Source of the DNA: Macrostomum hystrix
Lineage: Eukaryota > Animalia > Platyhelminthes
Length of the DNA stretch: 64,000 nucleotides
Direction: 5' to 3'
Assembly (NCBI GenBank): GCA_950097015.1
Contig: CATNEN010000014.1
Location: 2,046,001 to 2,110,000, forward strand
Shown here: positions 46,696 to 59,055 of the stretch, piece by piece
Position numbering within the stretch: position 1 is the first letter of the stretch
How the letters are laid out: each line of letters opens with the position of its first letter
The notes under the pieces: generated by a model
What the model saw: the letters and a program-made list of their open reading frames with translations, nothing else
The model's database searches: none
Told to the model about the DNA's origin: nothing
Translations under genes and position numbers: made by a program

Positions 46696-47421
46696 AAATG
46701 TACTGCGGGGATAGCGGATGTACTGTGGTGGATAGCGGATGTACTGCGGGGATAGCGGATGTACTGCGGGGATAGCGGATGTACTGCGGGGATATGGTAT
46801 GTACTGCGGGGATAGCGGATTTACTGCGGGGATAGCGGATGTACTGCGGGGATAGCGGATTTACTGCGGGGATAGCGGATGTACTGCGGTGGATAGCGGA
46901 TGTACTGCGGGGATAGCGGATTTACTGCGGGGATAGCGGATTTACTGCGGGGATAGCGGATTTACTGCGGGGATAGCGGATGTACTGCGGGGATAGCGGA
47001 TGTACTGCGGGGATAGCGGATGTACTGCGGGGATTGCGGATGTACTGCGGGGATAGCGGATGTACTGCGTGGATAGCGGATGTACTGCGGGGATATGGGA
47101 TGTACTGCGGGGATATGGGATGTACTGCGGGGATATGGGATGTACTGCGGGGATATGGGATGTACTGTGAGGATATGGGATGTACTGCGAGTATTGCGGA
47201 TGTACTGCGGGGATTGCGGATGTACTGCGAGGATATGGGATGTACTGCGAGTATTGCGGATGTACTCCGGTGATCAGGAATGAACTGTAGGGATCAGGAA
47301 TGAACTGTAGGGGTCAGGAATGAACTGTAGGGATCAGGAATGAACTATAGGGATCAGGAATGAACTGTAGGGATCAGGAATGAACTGTAGGGATCAGGAA
47401 TGAACTGTAGGGATCAGGAAT
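46696..47421. repeat. Compound 20-bp minisatellite
   Basis: TGTACTGCGGGGATAGCGGA grades into TGTACTGCGGGGATATGGGA and then TGAACTGTAGGGATCAGGAA. Confidence 0.94.
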
Positions 47422-47856
47422 GCTAAAGCGTTGATTAGATGCTCGAAACCTGAAGGCAGGTGTTTCAGGCAGGCTATTCTCGCCTGTTTGAAGTTAGTTT
47501 GATGTTGCAATGTCCGACATGTAGCAAGGCAATGTTGCTATGTAATTAATCAGCAAAGCCTGTTGCGTATGATTTTATGCTCTCCCTAATTGTGAAACGA
47601 TGTTCTCATATGTTCTTGTGCAGCAATTTTATTGCTTGTGAGAGGAAATGCCATTTGTTAAAATACACTGTCCGAACACTTCAGAGTGCTCAGCTTCGCA
47701 CTCTTTGTTTCAAGCATGGCGCCATTGCGTGACTTAAATTTGCGGATCAAATCGTTTAGACTGCAGTTTTGTTTGAGTTGCCAGTCCTCATTTGCATGCG
47801 ATAATTGGACTGTCTCTTCGTCACTAAAAATTTGTTCGTCGAAGCACGTGGATAGC

Positions 47857-50800
47857 TACGAGCTAGAATCGAAGCTGGGGTCATAGATTCGAGTCATAGC
47901 TAGAATCGAAGCTGGAATCATAGCTAGAATCGAAGCTGGAGTCATAGCTAGAATCAAAGCTGGGGTCATAGATTCGAGGCTGGAGTCATAGCTAGAATCG
48001 AAGCTGGAGTCATAGCTAGAATCGAAGCTGGAGTCATAGCTAGAATCGAAGCTGGAGTCATAGCTAGAATCGAAGCTGGAGTCATAGCTAGAATCGAAGC
48101 TGGGGTCATAGCTACAATCGAAGCTGGGGTAATAGATTCGAGGCTGGAGTCATAGCTAGAATCGAAGCTGGAGTCATAGCTAGAATCGAAGCTGGAGTCA
48201 TAGCCAGAATCGAAGCTGGGGTCATAGCTAGAATCGAAGCTGGGGTCATAGATTCGAGGCTGGAGTCATAGCTAGAATCGAAGCTGGGGTCATAGCTAGA
48301 ATCGAAGCTGGAGTCATAGCTAGAATCGAAGCTGGAGTCATAGCTAGTATCGAAGCTGGGGTCATAGCTAGAATCGAAGCTGGGGTCATAGATTCGAGGC
48401 TGGAGTCATAGCTAGAATCGAAGCTGGGGTCATAGCTAGAATCGAAGCTGGAGTCATAGCTAGAATCGAAGCTGGGGTCATAGATTCGAGGCTGGAGTCA
48501 TAGCTAGAATCGAAGCTGGGGTCATAGCTAGAATCGAAGCTGGAGTCATAGCTAGAATCGAAGCTGGGGTCATAGCTAGAATCGAAGCTGGAATCATAGC
48601 TAGAATCGAAGCTGGAGTCATAGCTAGAATCGAAGCTGGGGTCATAGATTCGAGGCTGGAGTCATAGCTAGAATCGAAGCTGGGGTCATAGAATCGAAGC
48701 TGGAGTCATAGCTAGAATCGAAGCTGGGGTCATAGATTCGAGGCTGGAGTCATAGCTAGAATCGAAGCTGGGGTCATAGCTAGAATCGAAGCTGGAGTCA
48801 TAGCTAGAATCGAAGCTGGAGTCATAGCTAGAATCGAAGCTGGGGTCATAGATTCGAGGCTGAAGTCATAGCTAGAATCGAAGCTGGAGTCATAGCTAGA
48901 ATCGAAGCTGGAGTCATAGCTAGAATCGAAGCTGGGGTCATAGATTCGAGGCTGGAGTCATAGCTAGAATCGAAGCTGGAGTCATAGCTAGAATCGAAGC
49001 TGGAGTCATAGCTATAATCGAAGCTGGGGTCATAGATTCGAGGCTGGAGTCATAGCTAGAATCGAAGCTGGAGTCATAGCTAGAATCGAAGCTGGATTCA
49101 TAGCTAGAATCGAAGCTGGGGTCATAGATTCGAGGCTGGAGTCATAGCTAGAATCGAAGCTGGAGTCATAGCTAGAATCGAAGCTAGGGTCATAGCTAGA
49201 ATCGAAGCTGGAGTCATAGCTAGAATCGAAGCTGGGGTCATAGCTAGAATCGAAGCTGGAGTCATAGATTCGAGGCTGGAGTCATAGCTAGAATCGAAGC
49301 TGGGGTCATAGCTAGAATCGAAGCTGGAGTCATAGCTAGAATCGAAGCTGGGGTCATAGATTCGAGGCTGGAGTCATAGCTAGAATCGAAGCTGGGGTCA
49401 TAGATTCGAGGCTGGAGTCATAGCTAGAATCGAAGCTGGAGTCATAGCTAGAATCGAAGCTGGAGTCATAGCTAGAATCGAAGCTGGGGTCATAGCTAGA
49501 ATCGAAGCTGGAGTCATAGCTAGAATCGAAGCTGGGGTCATAGCTAGAATCGAAGCTGGAGTCATAGATTCGAGGCTGGAGTCATAGCTAGAATCGAAGC
49601 TGGGGTCATAGCTAGAATCGAAGCTGGAGTCATAGCTAGAATCGAAGCTGGGGTCATAGATTCGAGGCTGGAGTCATAGCTAGAATCGAAGCTGGAGTCA
49701 TAGCTAGAATCGAAGCTGGGGTCATAGATTCGAGGCTGGAGTCATAGCTAGAATCGAAGCTGGAGTCATAGCTAGAATCGAAGCTGGGGTCATAGCTAGA
49801 ATCGAAGCTGGAGTCATAGCTAGAATCGAAGCTGGGGTCATAGATTCGAGGCTGGAGTCATAGCTAGAATCGAAGCTAGAGTCATAGCTAGAATCGAAGC
49901 TGGAGTCATAGCTAGAATCGAAGCTGGAGTCATAGCTAGAATCGAAGCTGGGGTCATAGATTCGAGGCTGGAGTCATAGCTAGAATCGAAGCTGGAGTCA
50001 TAGATTCGAGGCTGGAGTCATAGCTAGAATCGAAGCTGGAGTCATAGATTCGAGGCTGGAGTCATAGCTAGAATCGAAGCTGGGGTCATAGATTCGAGGC
50101 TGGAGTCATAGCTAGAATCGAAGCTGGAATCATAGATTCGAGGCTGGAGTCATAGCTAGAATTGAAGCTGGAGTCATAGATTCGAGGCTGGAGTCATAGC
50201 TAGAATCGAAGCTGGAGTCATAGATTCGAGGCTAGAGTCATAGCTAGAATCGAAGCTGGGGTCATAGCTAGAATCGAAGCTGGGGTCATAGCTAGAATCG
50301 AAGCTGGGGTCATAGATTCGAGGCTGGAGTCATAGCTAGAATCGAAGCTGGGGTCATAGCTAGAATCGAAGCTGGAGTCATAGCTATAATCGAAGCTGGG
50401 GTCATAGATTCGAGGCTGGAGTCATAGCTAGAATCGAAGCTGGAGTCATAGCTAGAATCGAAGCTGGAGTCATAGCTAGAATCGAAGCTGGGGTCATAGA
50501 TTCGAGGCTGGAGTCATAGATAGAATCGAAGCTGGAGTCATAGCTAGATTCGAAGCTGGAGTCATAGCTAGAATCGAAGCTGGGGTCATAGATTCGAGGC
50601 TGGAGTCATAGCTAGAATCGAAGCTGGGGTCATAGCTAGAATCGAAGCTGGAGTCATAGCTATAATCGAAGCTGGGGTCATAGATTCGAGGCTGGAGTCA
50701 TAGCTAGAATCGAAGCTGGAGTCATAGCTAGAATCGAAGCTGGGGTCATAGATTCGAGGCTGGAGTCATAGCTAGAATCGAAGCTGGGGTCATAGCTAGA

Positions 50801-51330
50801 ATCGAAGCTGGGGTCATAGCTAGAATCGAAGCTGGGGTCATAGATTCGAGGCTGGAGTCATAGCTAGAATCGAAGCTGGAGTCATAGCTAGAATCGAAGC
50901 TGGAGTCATAGCTAGAATCGAAGCTGGGGTCATAGATTCGAGGCTGGAGTCATAGCTAGAATCGAAGCTGGAGTCATAGATTCGAGGCTGGAGTCATAGC
51001 TAGAATCGAAGCTGGAGTCATAGATTCGAGGCTGGAGTCATAGCTAGATTCGAGGCTGGAGTCATAGCTAGAATCGAAGCTGGAGTCATAGATTCGAGGC
51101 TGGAGTCATAGCTAGAATCGAAGCTGGGGTCATAGATTCGAGGCTGGAGTCATAGCTAGAATCGAAGCTGGGGTCATAGATTCGAGGCTGGAGTCATAGC
51201 TAGATTCGAGGCTGGAGTCATAGCTAGAATCGAAGCTGGAGTCATAGATTCGAGGCTGGAGTCATAGCTAGAATCGAAGCTGGGGTCATAGAATCGAAGC
51301 TGGGGTCATAGCTACAATCGAAGCTGGAGT
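47857..51330. repeat. 24/20-bp composite satellite, ~3.5 kb
   Basis: Units TCATAGCTAGAATCGAAGCTGG(A/G)G and TCATAGATTCGAGGCTGGAG. Confidence 0.97.
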
Positions 51331-52260
51331 CGTAAACTAATTGGTGATCCAGGCTCCAAAAGCGTATCCTTTAAAAAGCAAATGAACTCTCACTTATCAT
51401 TTGTGGGCTCATGGAAGCAATATTGACGCTTGTTCAAAACCAAATGTTAATTTTCTTGTTATAATATGTAAATCTACTTGTTTATTATGCTACCTATTTC
51501 TCTATATTATCGGCAATAAAAAGTGCTAGAATCAATTAGCATGTAATTATGGGACTCGGGTCAAATCTGAGTTGTAGCATAGCATTGTTCATATGGTATG
51601 ATTAGGTAAATAGGATTTGTGATTCTTTCAAAATCATAGTTTGAGAATGGAACTGGCGCGGCATGTTCAGCTGACCGTGTTGGACGCTATGCAACACTTC
51701 CAGATAGCGCAATCAGAATCTGCTTCTTTTTTAGCTTAAACGGTTGGAAAACTGCTCAAACCCGCGCTGCCAAGCTGCAATATCTGCAGCTGCTCATGTG
51801 TCCTGAGCATCCAGTCACCCCTTCCTACCCACCCTGCTAACCCGCTTCATCTGCGAACCCCGACCCCTACAGTCAAGCAGTCAGGCCATTGTGCCCAGCT
51901 GAGTGCATTTGAAAATGCGCATTGTTTTCTGCGGGCTGGCAACCCTCCGCGTGTGCACCGCGTGTATCGATCCGCCAGTGGTGCCACCCCCCCCCCAAGT
52001 TCGCTCGCAATTTGCGTCTTTTGTCTTCCTGCGGCTGCGGAGAGCGTGTGAAGGGCTGAAGGCCACTGTGGCCCGCATGCTCGACTGCCGCTGCCTTGAA
52101 AAAAGTAAACAGAACTCCCAGGGCAGAGAAACATTCCTGCCCTTCTGTCCCTGTGTCCCCTCTCTCCGAGTTTCACCTGCGAGTTTAATTTATTTCGAGC
52201 CAGCGCGTCAGAGCGGGGCCACTCATTCCTCCTGAGCTGCACTGCAAAGCATTCAACAAT

Positions 52261-55200
52261 ATGGCTTCGGGTGGAGCTCTGGCCTGCTGCAAGACTCTCT
52301 GCTGTGTCTTTGTAGTCTTCTTCAATGTTCTCAGCATTGTGAGTACGAGGGTCGGGACCAGAGGCATGGCAGATCGGACATGAAGGACCATAGTCAGGGC
52401 AGATATTACGGGAAGGACCAGAGTCAGGCAGATAGGACGGGAAGGACCAGAGGCAGGGCAGATATTACGGGAAGGACCAGAGTCAGGCAGATAGGACGGG
52501 AAGGACCAGAGTCAGGCAGATATTACGGGAAGGACCAGAGTCAGGCAGATATTACGGGAAGGACCAGAGTCAGGCAGATATTACGGGAAGGACCAGAGTC
52601 AGGCAGATATTACGGGAAGGACCAGAGTCAGGCAGATATTACGGGAAGGACCAGAGTCAGGCAGATATTACGGGAAGGACCAGAGTCAGGCAGATATTAC
52701 GGGAAGGACCAGAGTCAGGCAGATATTACGGGAAGGACCAGAGGCAGGGCAGATAGGACGGGAAGGACCAGAGGCAGGCAGATATTACGGGAAGGACCAG
52801 AGTCAGGCAGATATTACGGGAAGGACCAGAGGCAGGGCAGATAGGACGGGAAGGACCAGAGGCAGGGCAGTTAGGACGGGAAGGACCAGAGTCAGGGCAG
52901 TTAGGACGGGAAGGACCAGAGGCAGGGCAGATAGGAGATGAAGGACCAGAGTCAGGCAGATAGGACGGGACCAGAGTCAGGGCAGATAGGACGGGAAGGA
53001 CCAGAGGCATGGCAGATAGGAGATGAAGGACCAGAGTCAGGCAGATAGGACGGGAAGGACCAGAGTCAGGGCAGTTAGCATGGGAAGGACCAGAGTCAGG
53101 GCAGTTAGGACGGGAAGGACCAGAGGCAGGGCAGTTAGGACGGGAAGGACCAGAGTCAGGGCAGTTAGGATGGGAAGGACCAGAGTCAGGGCAGTTAGGA
53201 CGGGAAGGACCAGAGGCAGGGCAGTTAGGACGGGAAGGACCAGAGGCAGGGCAGTTAGGACGGGAAGGACCAGAGGCAGGGCAGTTAGGACGGGAAGGAC
53301 CAGAGGCATGGCAGATAGGAGATGAAGGACCAGAGTCAGGCAGATAGGACGGGAAGGACCAGAGTCAGGGCAGTTAGCATGGGAAGGACCAGAGTCAGGG
53401 CAGTTAGGACGGGAAGGACCAGAGGCAGGGCAGTTAGGACGGGAAGGACCAGAGGCAGGGCAGTTAGGACGGGAAGGACCAGAGTCAGGGCAGTTAGGAC
53501 GGGAAGGACCAGAGGCAGGGCAGTTAGGACGGGAAGGACCAGAGGCAGGGCAGTTAGGACGGGAAGGACCAGAGGCAGGGCAGTTAGGACGGGAAGGACC
53601 AGAGGCAGGGCAGTTAGGACGGGAAGGACCAGAGGCATGGCAGATAGGAGATGAAGGACCAGAGGCAGGGCAGTTAGGACGGGAAGGACCAGAGGCAGGG
53701 CAGATAGGAGATGAAGGACCAGAGTCAGGGCAGATAGGACGGGAAGGACCAGAGGCAGGGCAGATAGGACGGGAATGACCAGAGGCAGGGGAGACCTTAG
53801 GGGCAGGTCAGGTGCCCTTTATGAGGCCTGTCGGTCCCGCAGATCTCTGGCGTTCTGCTGACTGTCGCGGGTATCGTGCTGCTCGTCGGCTCCTCGCTCA
53901 TTCAGTCGCTGTCGTCTGTAGCCTCAGGCGGCGGCGGCAATGAGACGGTTGCCTCGGTTAGCGGCCACGTGAACTTTGAGAACTACTACGCGAGTATGAC
54001 TATATTGTTCGGCTCAGCTGCCGGGCTATTCATCGGCCTCGGCGTCATCATCGTGGTGGTCAGCTGCATCGGCTGCTTCGGAGCCTGCATCGGCGTGCCG
54101 GCCTGCCTGATCATTGTGAGCCATCTACTCAGGACAGAACCTGATGATAGATATCGTACTCACTCTTACTTCTCAACTGTTCCTCAACCGTTTTCAGTAC
54201 GTGGTGTGCGTTAGCCTGCTGTTCCTGGGCCAGGTTGTTGTCATCATCATCTGGTTCGCCAATTCCAACATTGTGAGTTCCAAAACTAACTTCAGTTCAG
54301 TTCAGTCCAGTCCAGTTCAGTCCAGTTCAGTTCAGTCCAGTCCAGTCCAGTCCAGTCCAGTTCAGTTCAGTTCAGTTCAGTTCAGTTCAGTTCAGTTCAG
54401 TTCAGTTCAGTTCAGTTCAGTTCAGTTCAGTTCAGTTCAGTTCAGTTCAGTTCAGTTCAGTTCAGTTCTCAACCCCGCCAGTACAAGCAGGGCCTCCGCG
54501 GCTCGCTGCAGAATCAGGTGGAGAAATTTCGGGGCGATCGCGGTGACAACGTGGAGTCGGCCAGCCTGGCGATGATCCAGGCCGTGTTTGGCTGCTGCGG
54601 AGTTGACAATGGCACCGACTTCCACAGGATCAGCTCCGGCTGGGACCGCAGCTACACCATGAGGGACAAGGACAACAGGAGCATCAGCTTCAGTGGGTTC
54701 TTGGGCGCTTGCCCCAGTGTTGGCCTGGGGAGCTTGCCCCTTGGTTAGACCGGGCTTCTGACTGAGAGGTCTGAAGTTCGAATCACTCAGTTCACTCACC
54801 GGTAAAAAGGGGTTCCAGCACCTGAAAGCCTGGACACCTACCCCAGCACAGGCCTGGACTCTTACCCCAGCACAGGCCTGGACACCTACCCCAGCACAGG
54901 CCTGCACGGGCTCTTACCCCAGCGCATGCCTGCACGGGCTCTTACCCCAGCACCTGGACACTTACCCCAGCACAGGCCTGCACGGGCTCTTACCCCAGCA
55001 CCTGGACACTTACCCCAGCACAGGCCTGCACGGGCTCTTACCCCAGCACAGGCCTGCACGGGCTCTTACCCCAGCACCTGGACACTTACCCCAGCACAGG
55101 CCTGGACACCTACCCCAGCACAGGCCTGGACACCTACCCCAGCACAGGCCTGGACACCTACCCCAGCACAGGCCTGGACACCTACCCCAGCACAGGCCTG

Positions 55201-56488
55201 GACACCTACCCCAGCACAGGCCTGGACACCTACCCCAGCACAGGCCTGGACACCTACCCCAGCACAGGCCTGGACACCTACCCCAGCACAGGCCTGGACA
55301 CCTACCCCAGAACAGGCCTGGACACCTACCCCAGCACAGGCCTGGACACCTAACCCCAGCACAGGCCTGGACACCTACCCCAGAACAACAGGCCTGGACA
55401 CCTACCCCAGCACAGGCCTGGACACCTAACCCCAGCACAGGCCTGGACACCTACCGCAGCACTGGCCCTCGTAAATACGTAAATCCTCGTAAATCCACTT
55501 CAGGCTGCCCACTCGCAATTCGCATCTTCCACAGACCTCACCTTTCCCGCGACCTGCTGCAAGTACCACCTGAGCAACTACACACTGCTGGATCCCTACT
55601 GCCCCTACAACCGCTCCCGCGACCCCGCCGTCAGCAACTGGAACGTCGGCTGCTCTGACAAAGTCTGGCTGATGGTGAACACCTACTGGGAGCTCAACAG
55701 GATTTTCTACTCGATGTGCGGCGACCTGGGACTGCAGGTTGGTGCCCGCGGCAGGGGAAATTGAGGGAAGAGATGGAGAAATCAGCATGGGAAGACAGGC
55801 ATGGGATGACAGGTATGGGATGACATGTATGGGATGACAGGCATGGGAAGAAGGATATGGGATAAAAGGTAAGAGATGACAGGTATGGGAAGTCAGGCAT
55901 GGGAAGAGAGGTATGGGCAGACAGGTATGGGAAGACAGGTATGGGAAGACAGGTATGGGAAGACAGGTATGGGAAGACAGGTATGGGAAGACAGGTACGG
56001 GAAGACAGGTATGGGAAGACAGGTATGGGAAGACAGGTATGGGAAGACAGGTATGGGAAGACAGGTATGGGAAGACAGGTATGGGAAGACAGGTATGGGA
56101 AGACAGGTATGGGAAGACAGGTACGGGAAGACAGGTATGGGAAGACAGGTATGGGAAGACAGGTATGGGAAGACAGGTATGGGCAGACAGGTATGGGAAG
56201 ACAGGTATAGGAAGACAGGTATGGGAAGACAGGTATGGGAAGACAGGTATGGGAAGACAGGTATGGGAAGACAGGTATGGGAAGACAGGTATGGGAAGAC
56301 AGGTATGGGGAAACAGGTATGGTATGTGTGCCAATTGTTGGAGAGCAGTAATGGGATTTTTATCCCGTGCCTTGCAGATTCTGCTGATCCTGGGCGCCCT
56401 GCTGATCTTCACAGCCAAGCGGCAAGAGATGCGGGCGAGTTCCATCGCCCACTCCGAGGTCGAGTACAAGATGGTGCAGAGGACTTGA
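52261..56488 (+). CDS. Tetraspanin, ~316 aa
   Basis: Exons 52261-52338, 53843-54115, 54198-54272, 54482-54692, 55535-55737, 56378-56488 sum to 951 nt. Four hydrophobic segments, GCFGA at the end of TM2, EC2 with FGCCG, PATCC and GC cysteine motifs. Confidence 0.9.
52355..53790. repeat. 29/30-bp purine-rich minisatellite, tetraspanin intron 1
   Basis: GGAAGGACCAGAGTCAGGCAGATATTACG grading to GGGAAGGACCAGAGGCAGGGCAGTTAGGAC. Confidence 0.95.
54288..54467. repeat. (TTCAG)n/(TCCAG)n pentamer microsatellite, tetraspanin intron 3
   Basis: About 35 pentamers. Confidence 0.97.
54826..55460. repeat. 24-bp minisatellite, tetraspanin intron 4
   Basis: Unit CCCAGCACAGGCCTGGACACCTAC. Confidence 0.95.
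55785..56322. repeat. 14-bp minisatellite, tetraspanin intron 5
   Basis: Unit GGGAAGACAGGTAT, ~35 units. Confidence 0.96.
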
Positions 56489-57299
56489 GAACAGCCATGG
56501 AGAAGCATTCTCCCTTCAGCGCGCGCGTCGGCAATTGTTTTTGTGAATTGCGGAACTGTGTAAGGCCATCCAGCCCCGATTCTCATTTCCAAGAAGTGTT
56601 AGATCCAGAATTACCTATCTACAATATCCCATTAGCCACATCACACATTCTGTTAATGTTCAATTCGCATTGCACTTCACTTTCCAGGAAATCTATATTT
56701 GTTTAAGCAAAAAACTGAGTATTTATAGCTCTGTTTTCCACGTCTGCGTCCTTTTTCAATTAAAAGCTTTGCAACTTTATCTGTACACAACTGTACAAGT
56801 TTTATAGTTTTTTTCACGGTCTTACACCAGCCTTTTGTTCTGTTTTCAGCTGGCAATTTAAATAATTCATGCTCGCTAATGCTACTTACAGTACGCAGAT
56901 GAGACTTTTAATCAAGATTTTTAACTACTCAAACTCGAGCTAACATGCCCGACAAACGCATATCAATCCGCTAGCTCAGTAATAACCGAAAAATGAATCT
57001 CAGAAGCTTCTGGATTCTTTGGACTGTTCAACAAACACTACAAAAAATGTTTTGCGGTCTCAATTTTTGTCACTTAAAAAACTTTTCCTTAATTTTTAAG
57101 TCATGCAAAAAATAAATTTAAATCAGCTAAGAATCACATGAATTCTGAATAAAGCGATTTAGGAGTGCCAGGCTACAACACTTGCTTTGAAAAAATGGAG
57201 AGCTCTGCTTTTTAGGAATTTGCTTTCCTTATTACATTTTTAACGACGATTACCTATTTCAGAATGGGCCAGGTGGTTCATGGCCATTTAAGTGAGCCA

Positions 57300-58990
57300 C
57301 GGTCCTACAGCGCCTGTTCTTGTACCCCCCGAGGTCCTACAGCGCCTGTTCTTGTACCCCCCCCGAGGTCCTACAGCGCCTGTTCTTGTACCCCCCGAGG
57401 TCCTACAGCGCCTGTTCTTGTACCCCCCCCGAGGTCCTACAGTGCCTGTTCTTGTACCCCCCCGAGGTCCTACAGTGCCTGTTCTTGTACCCCCCGAGGT
57501 CCTACAGTGCCTGTTCTTGTACCCCCCCGAGGTCCTACAGCGCCTGTTCTTGTACCCCCCCGAGGTCCTACAGCGCCTGTTCTTGTACCCCCCGAGGTCC
57601 TACAGCGCCTGTTCTTGTACCCCCCGAGGTCCTACAGTGCCTGTTCTTGTACCCCCCGAGGTCCTACAGTGCCTGTTCTTGTACCCCCCCGAGGTCCTAC
57701 AGTGCCTGTTCTTGTACCCCCCGAGGTCCTACAGTGCCTGTTCTTGTACCCCCCGAGGTCCTACAGCGCCTGTTCTTGTACCCCCCCGAGGTCCTACAGT
57801 GCCTGTTCTTGTACCCCCCCGAGGTCCTACAGTGCCTGTTCTTGTACCCCCCGAGGTCCTACAGTGCCTGTTCTTGTACCCCCCCGAGGTCCTACAGCGC
57901 CTGTTCTTGTACCCCCCGAGGTCCTACAGTGCCTGTTCTTGTACCCCCCCCCGAGGTCCTACAGTGCCTGTTCTTGTACCCCCCCCGAGGTCCTACAGCG
58001 CCTGTTCTTGTACCCCCCGAGGTCCTACAGCGCCTGTTCTTGTACCCCCCGAGGTCCTACAGTGCCTGTTCTTGTACCCCCCCGAGGTCCTACAGTGCCT
58101 GTTCTTGTACCCCCCCCCGAGGTCCTACAGTGCCTGTTCTTGTACCCCCGAGGTCCTACAGCGCCTGTTCTTGTACCCCCCCCCGAGGTCCTACAGCGCC
58201 TGTTCTTGTACCCCCCGAGGTCCTACAGCGCCTGTTCTTGTACCCCCCGAGGTCCTACAGTGCCTGTTCTTGTACCCCCCCGAGGTCCTACAGTGCCTGT
58301 TCTTGTACCCCCCGAGGTCCTACAGTGCCTGTTCTTGTACCCCCCCGAGGTCCTACAGCGCCTGTTCTTGTACCCCCCGAGGTCCTACAGTGCCTGTTCT
58401 TGTACCCCCCCCGAGGTCCTACAGTGCCTGTTCTTGTACCCCCCCCGAGGTCCTACAGCGCCTGTTCTTGTACCCCCCCCGAGGTCCTACAGTGCCTGTT
58501 CTTGTACCCCCCCCCGAGGTCCTACAGCGCCTGTTCTTGTACCCCCCGAGGTCCTACAGCGCCTGTTCTTGTACCCCCCGAGGTCCTACAGTGCCTGTTC
58601 TTGTACCCCCCCGAGGTCCTACAGTGCCTGTTCTTGTACCCCCCGAGGTCCTACAGTGCCTGTTCTTGTACCCCCCCGAGGTCCTACAGCGCCTGTTCTT
58701 GTACCCCCCGAGGTCCTACAGTGCCTGTTCTTGTACCCCCCCCGAGGTCCTACAGTGCCTGTTCTTGTACCCCCCCCGAGGTCCTACAGCGCCTGTTCTT
58801 GTACCCCCCCCGAGGTCCTACAGTGCCTGTTCTTGTACCCCCCCGAGGTCCTACAGCGCCTGTTCTTGTACCTCCCCGAGGTCCTACAGTGCCTGTACTT
58901 GTACCCCCGAGGTCCTGCAGTGCCTGAACTTGTATCCCCCGAGGTCCTACAGCGCCTGTACTTGTCCCCGGAGGTCCTACAGTGCCTGCT
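57300..58990. repeat. 26-bp core + variable poly-C minisatellite, ~50 units
   Basis: GAGGTCCTACAG(C/T)GCCTGTTCTTGTA followed by roughly 5-10 C. It lies between the convergent tetraspanin and P450 stop codons. Confidence 0.96.
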
Positions 58991-59055
58991 TTTGTCAACC
59001 GAGCCACTGAAACAGGTTAATTGTCGTAGAATTTTCCACATGCGTGGCACGTCAC

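Noticed and set aside
4175-55460. General rule that all repeat units are hairpins
   Set aside because: Most stems are only 4 bp, which is expected by chance in 20-36 nt units; only the NR-intron units were kept.
278-58990. CRISPR-like arrays
   Set aside because: Units are directly adjacent with no unique spacers, there are no cas genes, and the context is eukaryotic introns.
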